Source: Takakia lepidozioides
Taxonomy: Eukaryota; Plantae; Bryophyta
Assembly: GCA_030704615.1 (NCBI GenBank)
Contig: CM060731.1
Location: forward strand, 91,946,001-92,010,000
Reading direction: 5' to 3'
DNA: 64,000 bases
In this document: positions 13,071 through 24,542 of the stretch, piece after piece
Position numbering within the stretch: the stretch's first letter is position 1
How the letters are laid out: every line of letters starts with the position of its first letter
The notes under the pieces: model-generated
The model's input: only the letters and a program-made list of their open reading frames with translations
Told to the model about the DNA's origin: nothing
The model's database searches: none
Made by a program: the position numbers and the translations under genes

Positions 13071-13130
13071 GGGGGCTGCTATTTCATGAGCGGCATGAGC
13101 ATGAGCGGAAAAAAAAAAAGCATGAGCAGA
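13071..13130. mobile_element. Left terminus of GCTCATG-repeat DNA element (copy 2)
   Basis: GGGGGCTGCTATTTCATGAGCGGCATGAGCATGAGC. The junction with the RT fragment defines the end. Confidence 0.8.
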
Positions 13131-13876
13131 CCATTGTGAGTCCACGGAAATAGGGTTAGGAGGCACGGAAATAGGGTCATGTGAAGTTGGAATGTGGCAC
13201 CAGTGGACTTGAAATGCAACATTTTATTGCAAATTTTGTGGCAAGCCACGTCTATACAAGTGTGTTCTAACTGTCATAGCCGGAATGGGCACTACTCTCC
13301 TACACCCTCCGAGGAACTTGCCCCACCTTCTTCCTCATCCCCCTCATCCCCCTCATCCTCCGAGCTCTGTGATGCATCAGTTCCACTATGCCTCTCAAAA
13401 ATCCCGTCCTCTCCTTGGGGGACTGTCCACCTCACCTCCTGGGAATCTTCTGCGTCTTCTCCCCCACTTTCCTCAGCAGAATCCAACACAAATCTACGAG
13501 CTCGACAGGCTCTAATAGCTGCTGCCTCCTCCCTCATCTTCATTTTCTTGAGGCTTGCCTCGTCTAAAATCTGCTGTACACGACTACGTTCGGAACACCT
13601 CCTAATGGACACCGAAGCAAGCCGGGCAGCATAAGTAGGAAGGATGTACTCCCTTTCTGGACTAGGCATGAAATCCCCCCTGGCAAAAAAAGGCACGTTC
13701 CTCCTGCCCATGAACTCCGGTGTAGACGTCCCTCCGGCAGTACTTGGCATCCTACAGTAAGAACAAATCCACTTGAAGAATGTCAATACCAGCACAACCA
13801 GAAAGGGTTTTCAATGAAATAAGAGAGCGGAGGGAGGTGCCTCACAAAATCTGGAGGCAACTTACAATGCCACCAC

Positions 13877-16800
13877 TCACTCGTAAACCGGGGGCTCCTC
13901 GGCCTCGATCCCAACTTCCTCCCCCTGCTCCTTCTCGGATTTTTCCTCATCCTCCGAGGATGCCTCTTCCTCTTTCGGCAGACGTTCAGCCGCTGCAAGT
14001 TCCGAGTTGTGGAGGGCAGTATCTGGCTCGAAGGCGAACACATGCCTGTCGGACAACGTCCCTGCCCACATTGAAGCACCTGAGGAACAAAGCGGGCGGT
14101 TAATAGCTTGCGGCATGCAATTGCAATGGGGCCAGGGGACAAACTGAGCACGTGAAGGCTTACCCGTGCCGCATGTGAGGTCCAGAATCCGCCCTTGGAC
14201 ATCCGAGCACGTCTCCATGAGGGTTTGGATGAAAGCAGGGCTCCGGGTCCGGCTGTACCGCCACGGTTTGCCTGTCTTTGTGTCCTTCGGCATACTAGAG
14301 TGGGGCACATAGTTGTAGAGGACATCGTAGGTTACAGGGTCCACAGCGGCATCAACAAGACGACCGTCGTTGCGGAATTTGAACGTAGACCCTCTCTTCA
14401 CAAAGCAATATGCCTCAAACACCAATGTCTGCACATCCAACAAAGAAGGGATCAATTCCAGGGTCTACTTAACATACACCACAATATGAAGTGAATGCAA
14501 TAGATTGATAACTTACACTTTGGCCCTCTGTTCGCAACCCCTGCGTACTGATGCAGAACCATTTTCTGAGGAGGACCGGGGTGACACTTTTCGGTGTCCA
14601 CCTTGCCACCGCATTCTCTGTGGTCTTCCCTCTCGTGGCAAGGACAACCACACATCCACCGTCATCCAGAAGCATCCCCGCCAGCCCAAACCCGGCTTTC
14701 CAGTAGTCCTCAGTAAACCTGTTCCAGGTGGGCACACCATCCAGGCCCTCCAGCAGTTCCCCATCTGGAATGTCGAGGAGAATCATGTTGCAAGCTCTCT
14801 CCACCTCAACCCCCCCCCGAGTGCTCTTGCAATTCGTGCTCACAGCCGTGAAGAATTCCATCATGGCTTCAAAACCAGGGGTGTCTTTAGGCTCTGTACC
14901 GGCAGCCCTCTTCTTGGCTTTCCCCTTCTGCTCCGCCAGAGACTTGTTGTGTGCCACCTTCTTCGCCCTGGCAGCGAGAGCGTCAAGGAAGCTCTCATTG
15001 ACGCATTGGATGATGGTTGGAGGTTCTAGCTTTGGCCTGTGCGTAAACGTCACCGCCGAATACCGCCGTGTAGGCTCGCCCTCAAATGCCAACTTCTTGG
15101 CAGAGCCAGTCCCACTCCGAACTGACTTGGGAACCCGGACGACCGGTGACTGGGTAGGAGCAACAGCAGTCGCAGGACCTTGAACAAAATCGGCGTCGGA
15201 GTCACTCTCTTGGGTCCCCTCCTGCGCCTCCTCCGATGCCCCGATGGTTTTCTTCTTTTTGGGTGTTACTGCAGTCACCTGTTTCCTTGTCCTTTTCCTT
15301 TGACCTTTACTCTTCTCATGCAATTTCTCCTGAATTCCTGCCTGAGCAAGCTCTGCCGCTTTCCTGGAGTTCGCAAGCGCTTTTGCCTCTTTTGCACCCA
15401 ACGGAGGCAGCGGAGCCCGGTTTCGTCGGAATTCAGCATCCAGCTTCAATTGAAACTCGGATGGGTCGAGCGAGCCGGGCGGAAGGTCCACATACCAAGG
15501 GCAATCACGCAAATGTTCCAGATGCCACTCCTTCACAATATCGTCAGTGTACATGGAGTCAGCCCCAGGGTTCCTCCATGCCAGGAAGAATGGTGGCTCG
15601 AAAGACAGATGACCTTTCTCCAAAAGCGAGAACTTACAGTACCTGCATTCATGAAAACACAATGAGGTCCGAAAATGGCTAAGTCTCTGAACGGCAATAG
15701 GGCCTACAACTGGAATATGGCGCCGAATTTCCACTTCAGGGCCACCCAGTCTAGGGACTTAGCCCGAAAATGGCTAAGTCCCTCGACGGCAATAGGGCCT
15801 AGAACTGGAAAACGGCGCCGAATTTCCAGTTCCGGGCCAGCCAGTCTAGGGACTTAGCCCAAAAATGGCTAAGTCCCTGGACGGCAATAGGGCCTAGAAC
15901 TGGAAAACGGCGCCGAATTTCCAGTTCCGGGCCAGCCACACTAGGGACTTAGGCCGAAAATGGCTAACTCCCTGAACGGCAATAGGGCCTAAAACTGGAA
16001 TATGGCGCCGAATTTCCACTTCAGGGCCAGCCAGTCTAGGGACTTGGGCCGAAAATGGGTAAGTCCCTGAACGGCAATAGGGCCTGGAACTGGAAAATGG
16101 CGCCGAATTTCCAGTTCCGGGCCAGCCAGTCTAGGGACTTAGCCATTTTCGGAGCCCTGACTGGAAATTCGGCTCCATTTTCCCTAACACCACTTGAGGC
16201 CTCTAACATCCTGCAATGCCAGGACTTGAAAGAAAGGCAGCGCGTATGTACCTGTACAGAAGGCGCATTGCTGCTTTGTCCGCGTTCGGCTGGTCGGTGA
16301 ACTCGTGGCTCCGGCGAGCATCTGCTATCTCCCGAAAGAATAGGTTGGTTTTGTAGAGCAGAAAGTACCTCGTCACATAGTCACGTAGGCTCTCTGCTGC
16401 AGGAGATATCTCCATCTTGAACTGATGTGCTTGTGTGTCCAGCTGCTCTTGCGCATTTGTCGTCACCTGTGGAGATTGTCCATCAGATCGCTTTCCTCAA
16501 AAAATACAATGAATCCACCCCCTACTAGAGTACAAGCCCCAAACGAAGCGTGGGGAAGTACCTGAAACCACCATGTCATGCGGTTCATCCACATGTCGAA
16601 TGTGGGGTCAGAGAGTTTGTCCGGTTTGGGGAAGCTCCACATGTCCCTGGTACTTTGGGAACCATTCCAGATTTGGAGCCACCGGGTCTGTCCAACCACC
16701 CAGCATATTCGTAAGCGCCAAACACCACAAAAGGAGTTGTTGCCACCACAATTTGGTTAAGAATGTATCACCTTTTCTGTTGCATCCACACAGGATGTGG

Positions 16801-18884
16801 CTAGACGATGGAGCTTCTCCAATGTCATCGTGGGCTTCAGAGCGCGAGAGTAGTGCTTCCCCACCTCCACCAGAAAGTCGGCACCAAGGGCGGGATCAGC
16901 TATGGCCACGTACTTTACCATCCGCGACTTGTACTTTATGCGGGCCCTCACCTCCGCAGCTTTGACATACGATTCGAGTTCCGGGAGGGTTGGATTCTTC
17001 TCCTCTGACTCCATGTAGAACCTCCGCGCATGTGCCAAATCCTGCTGTATTTTCGTCTGTCGAAAAGGCGCACATAAGATTAGAGATCCTGCTCAACACA
17101 ATTTCTTCTATTGGGGGAGGAGAGACAAATTAGCTCAACAAAACTGTGAGGAGCTTTACCCGAAATATGTAGTCCACCATGGCGTCGACGCTCAGCCTAT
17201 ACCAGGTTCTGTCTGCCTTTGCCTCCGACTTGCGCAGGAGGTCGGCACTGAGGGAATTGGCAAACTCTTGCACCCCCTGCTTCCCGACATCCTTCACTCG
17301 GAAGAGCATATGGGACAAGTTCGTGGCAATGAAGGCATTCTCAGTCACCCTGCAGTGCCACATTTCCATCAAACAATACTGAAATGGGAATTTTCATCAT
17401 ATATGAGGATTCGCAATGAAATGACTTCCAAATTCAAAGTCCAAAAGCGAGAGGGGTTGTAGCTTACGAGTTGATGTCGGCCATTGCAGCTTTGAGAAGA
17501 CTGCGATCTTTGGCCCCGCAACCTTCAGCACAACACAATCGACGGCGAAATGCCAATCGAGATCGTTGGGGTGGGCTTGGGCAATGTGCTCCATCCATGC
17601 CAAGAGGCGATGATTGCCGTCCCACACGTAGAACATCTTACCGGACATGTGCTGGAAAAGAGGATCACTAGCAATCGATCTCTCAAACTCCTCATTTCGC
17701 GTTTGCCAATGGGGACCCCATTTGTCCACCTCATCGGAAGTGTGGGCACGGGAAGCTCCGTGGTCGTTCTCAATGGAAACGTAAAAGGCGGCAGACCCCA
17801 TTCGATATCCATCCCGGAAAGAGAATTTCAGCTTGTCGATATCGCCTGGCAGGGCAGGTCTCACCACCTGCAATGACACCAAGCGGCAAAGGGGAATTCG
17901 AAGCTTGGCCGGGTACACCATGCCCCCCAGCACCCTGCCAATGTTGCTGTGGGTTGCCTCCAACATCTTGGCAGCGGCCAACTTCATATCCGCCTCAGAC
18001 ATGACGTCTGCTGCAGAGGGGTTTTCCGGCAGCCCACCAGGACCGCCAAATCCAGCCTGTATGCTCCGGGTTTGGGGCCTGGGGATGTCCGGGAGGATGT
18101 CATCCTGGTCAGAAACCTCCATGTCGTCCTCCTCAACAGGGTCAGCCACCTGCGAAACAACCTCCAGCACTCTTGTCGTCTCTACTGCCCTCTCCCTGGC
18201 TTCACCTCGAACTTGCACAATCCGTGCTCTTTCAGGTGTTCTTTCCTCTCCTCCACTCTCCACCGTATGGGTAATTGCGGGGGCTGCTCTTGCCCGCGAT
18301 GGTCTAACCGGTGTGCTACTGCCTCTCTGTGGTGTCTTGTAGGGATCCACCGTCTCTGTGGGTCCCTCGCTTACATTGGCATCTGTCATTTGGGCACCCC
18401 TGGCCTCTTCAGCTGCCTTTTGTCTTTCCTCCTGGCTAGCATTCTGTCTCGTCTGTTCTTTTGCCCTCTCTTTTGCCCTCTCACGGGCTTTCTGTTTCTT
18501 ACTAGGGCTAGCAGCAGGGGAGCCCTCCAAGACGACCACCTTTGATTGAGGCGAACTGAAACCCTCGCGCGCACTGCTCACTCCCCCCTCCGCAGCCCGT
18601 GACTGCTCTCTCGCTGGGGATTGCATGTGCTTAGCTTTCTTCTTTTTCTTTGCGTGGGCGGGCCCTACTGCATGTGCATGAACAACCTCCATTGCCGGAT
18701 CTGCTGTCCTCATGTCATCACGCCCTTCACCTGCCATGCCGCCTGCACCAACCTCCCCAATGCCTACTCTGTCGTAATCTCGTTGCAAGTCCTCCCGTCC
18801 ACCAACAAAAGGTTTAAGTTTGCCCTCTCGCCCCAAGTTGGGCGATTCAAACATGCGATGAGTTGGAGCTGTCGATGATACCAC
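13877..18884 (-). CDS. Spliced ParB/Srx-like domain plus beta-class amino (N4C/N6A-type) DNA methyltransferase-fold fusion protein, ~1,300 aa
   Basis: Exons ~18884-17468, 17349-17160, 17056-16772, 16687-16562, 16466-16252, 15642-14517, 14464-14164 and 14079-13877. All seven introns are GT-AG and the phases are mutually consistent. One 1-nt frameshift lies at a G run near 17515. Motifs: FYVWDGNHRLLAW (ParB-like); MILLDIPDG (motif IV position); LLDDGGCVVVL; RSPAFIQTLMETCSDVQGRILDLTCGTG|ASMWAGTLSDRHVFAFEPD (motifs X-I-II, restored by splicing). A possible extra first exon is 19331-19254 via a GC-AG intron. Confidence 0.8.
15668..16150. repeat. Intronic tandem repeat, 5 x 95 bp, each unit a nested hairpin centred on GGCGCCG
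   Basis: AAAATGG(C/G)TAA recurs at 15672, 15767, 15862, 15957 and 16052. Arms are GGCTAAGTCCCT...AGGGACTTAGCC and AACTGGAAA...TTTCCAGTT. Confidence 0.9.
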
Positions 18885-19679
18885 CAGCGTGCCGGGCTCG
18901 TCGTCACTCTGTCATTGACAAAATCGTGAAAACCAACATCGGTGCAAAAAGCAGTATCGCAACGAGCAGCGCAACCACCATAGCAACAATCATGTAGCAA
19001 AAATGAAAACATAACAAGTTTAGGAAGTATGGAGAGCCATGCAACAACAATGAAAACAAATGCAACCATTGCCTAAGAATGACATGCACAAGCAGCCTTC
19101 TCCAGAGCTGCCGGATTTGCACACGCATTGCAAACAATCTAAGGTTCACTCAACTATCTAAAGTTCACTCATACAGCAAAGCCAGGATGAAGATGCAAAA
19201 ACAAAGCGAAAGCAAAAAATAAATCGAACAAACCGAAAGCAGAAGTGGCTTGCCTGAGAGTACTCGGCTTCAGTTGGCGCAGGTTGTGAGCAAGACACTG
19301 GAATCTCCTGCTGGAGCTTCAGTTTGGCCATGCGAGAGATTGGCCGTCGTCCGTAGTACAGAGCTTTCAACTTCCGCCGCGGTCTGGATGTGAGGTCTCT
19401 CTCAGGAGAGCCACGCCCTTCAGGCGGCATAAGTCCCAGCCAAAAAGATCTCCTTTTTTGGGGTACATGCCTGGAATACCATGTTAAGCCAAGTTTAGAA
19501 TGAGATTTAGGGTACGTGTCCAGGAAGCCATGCGTCGCCAGCCCAAATAATAACCGACGGCCGTCGACATTTATTGCCCAACTCCGCAATTAAATGTCGG
19601 ATGAAGCCCTCCATGTCGGATGAAAATCGACGTAAACAGTCCCGGAATTTCCAACGTAGAGGTAATTCGGAGCGCTGCA

Positions 19680-21670
19680 CGATGGAATTCCGGCGCCGGA
19701 TTTCCATCCTGCAGGTAATTCGGAGCGCAGCAGGATGGATATCCGGCGCCGAATTTCCATCCGCGGAGGAAGGGCGGCGGTGGAAATTTCCCTCATGCAG
19801 GTAATTCGGAAGCGCGCGGATGGAAATCCGGCGCCGAATTTCCATCCGCGGAGGTAGGGCGGCGGTGGAAATTTCCCTCATGCAGGTAATTCGGAAGCGC
19901 GCGGATGGAAATCCGGCGCCGAATTTCCATCCGCGGAGGTAGGGCGGCGGTGGAAATTTCCCTCATGCAGGTAATTCGGAAGCGCGCGGGTGGAAATCCG
20001 GCGCCGAATTTCCATCCGCGGAGGTAGGGCGGCGGTGGAAATTTCCCTCATGCAGGTAATTCGGAAGCGCGCGGGTGGAAATCCGGCGCCGAATTTCCAT
20101 CCGCGGAGGTAGGGCGGCGGTGGAAATTTCCCTCATGCAGGTAATTCGGAAGCGCGCGGATGGAAATCCGGCGCCGAATTTCCATCCGCGGAGGTAGGGC
20201 GGCGGTGGAAATTTCCCTCATGCAGGTAATTCGGAAGCGCGCGGATGGAAATCCGGCGCCGAATTTCCATCCGCGCAGGTAGGGCGGTGCGCCGAATTTC
20301 CCTCCTGCAGGTAATTCGGATCCCGGATGAATGGAAATTCGGCGCCGAATTTCCATCCAACAGGTAAGTCGAATCCCGCATAAATGGAAATTCGGCGCCG
20401 AATTTCCATCCAGCAGGTAATTCCAATACCGGATGAATGAAAATTCGGCGCCGAATTTCTATCCAGCAGGTAAGTCGAATCCCGCATAAATGGAAATTCG
20501 GCGCCGAATTTCCATCCTGCAGGTAATTCGAATCGGTGCCAAATGGATATTCGGCGCCGAATTTCCATTCGCCATGTATTTCTGAGCGTGGAATTACCTT
20601 CGTGCAGGTAATTCCCAGATGAGAATTACCTTTGTGCAGGTAATTTCCAGATGAGAATTACCTTCGTGCAGGTAATTGTGGACGAAGAATTCACATCGAT
20701 TGGAATTACCTGGAGGAAGGTAATTCTCATCTGGAAATTAGCTGCACGAAGGTAATTCTCATCTGGAAATTACCTGCACAAAGGTAATTCTCATCTGGGA
20801 ATTACCTGCACGAAGGTAATTCCACGCTCAGAAATACATGTCGAATGGAAATTCGGCGCCGAATATCCATACGGCACCCATCCGACTTACCTGCTGGATG
20901 GAAATTCGGCGCCGAATTTCCATTTATGCGGGATTCGGCTTACGTGCTTGATGGAAATTCGGCGCCGAATTTCCATTCATCCGGTATTCGAATTACCTGC
21001 AGGATGGAAATTCGGCGCCGAATCTCCATCCACCCGAGATTCCACTTACCTGCTGGACGGAAATTCGGCGCCGAATCTCCATCCATCCGGGATTCCACTT
21101 ACCTGCTGGATGGAAATTCGGCGCCGAATTTCCATCCATCCGGGATTCCACTTACCTGCAGGATGCAAATTCGGCGCCGTTTTCCCATCTGTGGAAGTTT
21201 TTATGTCGGCCAGTTTTCGGTCTGACCCCCCGACAAGACTTCCTTTGGGGGGGGCCCGGATGGAAATTCGGCGCCGAATCTCCGTCCATGGGATGTTCTC
21301 TTTCGCACACTCGCCGGCCTCTGCGCCCGAGGCGACTTCATCCGGGCATCCCCTGTTCGATATTCGGTGCCGAATTTCCGTCCGGGGGTTGAAATGTGAC
21401 GGCCAACTGCAGGCCACTCCCCCCTCCCCGACTGCATCCGAACCGCCCCGGATGGAAATTCGGCGCCGTTTTTCCATCTGGGGATGTTTTTATGCCGTCC
21501 AGTTTTCGGCCTGACCCCCCGACACGACTCCCTTTGGGGGGCCCGGATGGAAATTCGGCGCCGAATCTCCATCCAGGGGATATTCTCTGTCGCACACACT
21601 CCGGCCTCTGCGCCCGAGGCGACTTCATCCGGGCTTCTTCTGTTGGATATTGGGTGCCGAATTTCCATTC
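19680..21670. repeat. Array of GGAAAT(T/C)CGGCGCCGAATTTCC palindromes, including an 85-bp tandem (~19740-20300) and a large inverted repeat centred at ~20695
   Basis: 85-bp period at 19822, 19907, 19992, 20077, 20162 and 20247. 20545-20675 is the near-exact reverse complement of 20735-20870. Confidence 0.9.
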
Positions 21671-21959
21671 GGGGGTAGTAATGTGAGGGCACGGTGCCGG
21701 CTTCTCCCCTTCAGCCGTCATCATCCGGACGGCCCCCCACTTTCTGACTGCATACCGTTGGCAGTTATTGCGCAAAGACCAGGGGCCGCATTCCGGAGAC
21801 AAGGTTCATTAACACTCTGACTGTGGATTTTTGAGATAGTTGGCTCCCTGGATTTGGATCAGGCTTCGTCGCTCGGACAAATCGGCATCGCATTCATTCC
21901 CATCGCTGCACCCCCTTCTACCAGGGAGCTTCCCCGCACGCCATCCTGGCAGTCTTGTG

Positions 21960-23071
21960 TGCACATCATGGTGTACTGCAATCCCATCTTGGCAATCATG
22001 GTTTTTGCTTCATAGTGAGTTTTCGGCAATGAATTCTCTTTAGGCAAAAAACTCTTACGCAACAATCCCAGAAGCTCATCCACAAATGCATTGGTGCACT
22101 TGTGGGTAGTGCATGCGTTCAGCAACGTCAAAGTTGTTTGCAGCCGGCTGATCGAGCACCCTTCAAAAAGTGGACATTGCGACTGTCGGAAGAGTTTATC
22201 ATACTCGGGATCAACGTGCAGGTGAGCATTCTCATCAAATTCATTGTCTCCGAAATCGTCGAGGTCATCGTCATGATCGGCAAATGTGTGATCGGTTCCA
22301 CCATGAATGGGGTCCTCTCTGTTTGCATCTGCAAAGAGAAACGCTTCCTGCAATGCACGCTGGATTTCTACCTCCAATCCACCACTCTCATCTGCGTTCT
22401 CTGTGACATTGGGCTCCCGCTGTGCCGCAGGGCCTTCGTCTTCATCATCTGATTATTCACATCCCTGCATCCCAATAGTCATCTTGTGAGTGGACCAACA
22501 ACGATGTGACACTTGTTCATATTATGACATAGGAGGCACGGTGACGTTGCAGTGATGCAGTCATATTTACGTATGTATCTTATGAATATACACCCAATCA
22601 AAACACGACATTTGTAGCCATTGAAGTCATACTTGCAGTCACTTAGTTAGTCATATATGACTACATGACTACACATGACCAATGAAAACACGACATGTGC
22701 ATTAATTAAAGTGATAACGGAAGTGGCGTAGTGATAGTCACGTCTGTATCTTATGACTTCTTGACTACAATCACCCAACGAAATGTCGACATGTGGAGAA
22801 GAGGATCGTTGCATTCAAAATTCAAACTAAAGTGCTGAAGGGAAAGTGGCGATCGTACCGGGAGAGAACAGCGTCGGAGAAGAGGATCCCTCCCGTGTAT
22901 CATGTAATGATTCCTCACTGTTTCCAACAACAGTACTTTTCCTCCATGACACTCATCGCAGTTGCATAGCATTTTTGTATGCCCATTCCTTGTGGCATAA
23001 GCTTCTTCCATTCGCCATAGACGGTCATCTATTCTACACCTACGCATCCGGTCGCCACCTGCACTGTACAT
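21960..23071 (-). mobile_element. CACTA/En-Spm TnpD (Tnp2-family) transposase, N-terminal part only, truncated near 21960
   Basis: Transposase-associated domain LCNCDECHGGKVLLLETVRNHYMIHG, then CPLFEGCSISRL...AFVDELLGLLRKSFLPKENSLPKTHYEAKTMIAKMGLQY. Confidence 0.85.
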
Positions 23072-24542
23072 GCTTTGAACGTCACCCCTTCCCTCTTTGC
23101 ATGCTACGCACAGTGCATTGTCTCTTGTTTTGCACCAGCTGCCAATGTGCTATTTCTATATCTATAGTATACTATAAGTATCGTTTTTGAGTGTCCATGG
23201 TGAAGCGGAAGGTCTTCGAAGTGACAGTCCCTCTCACTGAGTACGAGAAGTTCCGAGAGTGCCAGATTGCTGCCATAAAGGAGGTGGAAGCAACGTTCAA
23301 GCAGTCGATAGATGGGTGAGTTTAGTTCCTGACTTTGGTTACCCACCCACTAAACTTGCGATTTGCCTTATCCTCTAACCTTTTTATAGCGATCATAAGC
23401 TTCATAGCACAAATGGGGGCGAGTAGCTGCGACTTGTACAAACAGAGAGGCAAACAACATGCAGTGAGTGATGATTAGGTTTGAGGAGGGTGTGTCATTA
23501 GGCAGGAGATGTCCGCCATCATTCGTGGGCAGCCATTACGTCCTGGTAGGGTGCGGCTGTGGTTCAGCGTAGGCTTAAGAGTATTTAGGGTATGTATGCT
23601 TGCATTTGTTTGTGATTGTTTGAGAGGGAGGTCATGGAGGTGTTTGTGCAAGCTTGCGGGAGCGAATCGCCCTCGCAAGCCACACGCTCCGAAGGAAAAA
23701 GCTAGGGATCAAGGTCCTGCAAGGCAAAGTGCCAGACTGAAGATGATGAAGACTACGATTCTGCATGAGGGCTCTTCTGAGGACGATGAGGACGATCCAC
23801 TCCTCCCACGCCAGTGCGAGGCGAGTGCGTCGTCGGCGGATGCCACGGCAAGCCGAGGAGAACATGCCCATGCTCATGTCGCAGGACAAAAATGCCCATC
23901 ATCTACACTACGAACACCTTCTCCGTCTGTGACTTATAGTTCTTCACAATGACCATGATTCAAATTATGTATGTTTTTGGTAAAATCACGAAGAGATAGG
24001 GTATGGTAAGATCATGAAGAGATATGGTATGTCTGTCAAGACAGGGAAGTTGGACAATGCAGGGGTCAGCCAAGGCACAATCACAAATGATTTCCACTAG
24101 ACAAGTTGAAGTGCCAAAGGCATGATGACAGGCCAATGTAGACTTCAGATGTGTTCAAATTCTTTGCCCCATGAAACCAACGTCTTGGTACTAAGCTACA
24201 ATGGCTACTTATAGAGATACTTGGGTTACTTATGCACCCAGAATATCAGTAAAACTTGGAGGGATACTTCTCATGGACCCATCAGGTTTGTCCATTTGAA
24301 TTCTTGCTATGGATTTCAGGAACACCCCATACCTAAGAGGGTTCAAAAATGTACTGGGAGGACATCATTGGGGCCAATCAAATTTGGGAGATTTACTGCC
24401 CAAGATCATACTGAGTTTTGGGTAATCTTGTCTTTACAAATGATATGTGCTTCCAGTTTGTTATCTTGAATTCAAGGATTTGCTGCTTGCTGCCTATATG
24501 TATGTGTAATCACCCACATTGTACTGGGGGAATTTCTTTTCA

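Noticed and set aside
11097-13071. Termini at 11097 and 13071 as a TIR pair enclosing 11.1-13.1 kb
   Set aside because: They face outward from this interval and belong to two different elements, one on each side.
13877-18884. Bacterial or phage contamination as the source of the ParB-MTase
   Set aside because: The gene has seven phase-consistent spliceosomal introns, occurs in three diverged copies and is nested with plant TEs.
19507-21802. Many short ORFs (MEIRRRIS/WKFGAEFP), also at 6335-8500
   Set aside because: They are translations of the palindromic repeats on both strands, not genes.
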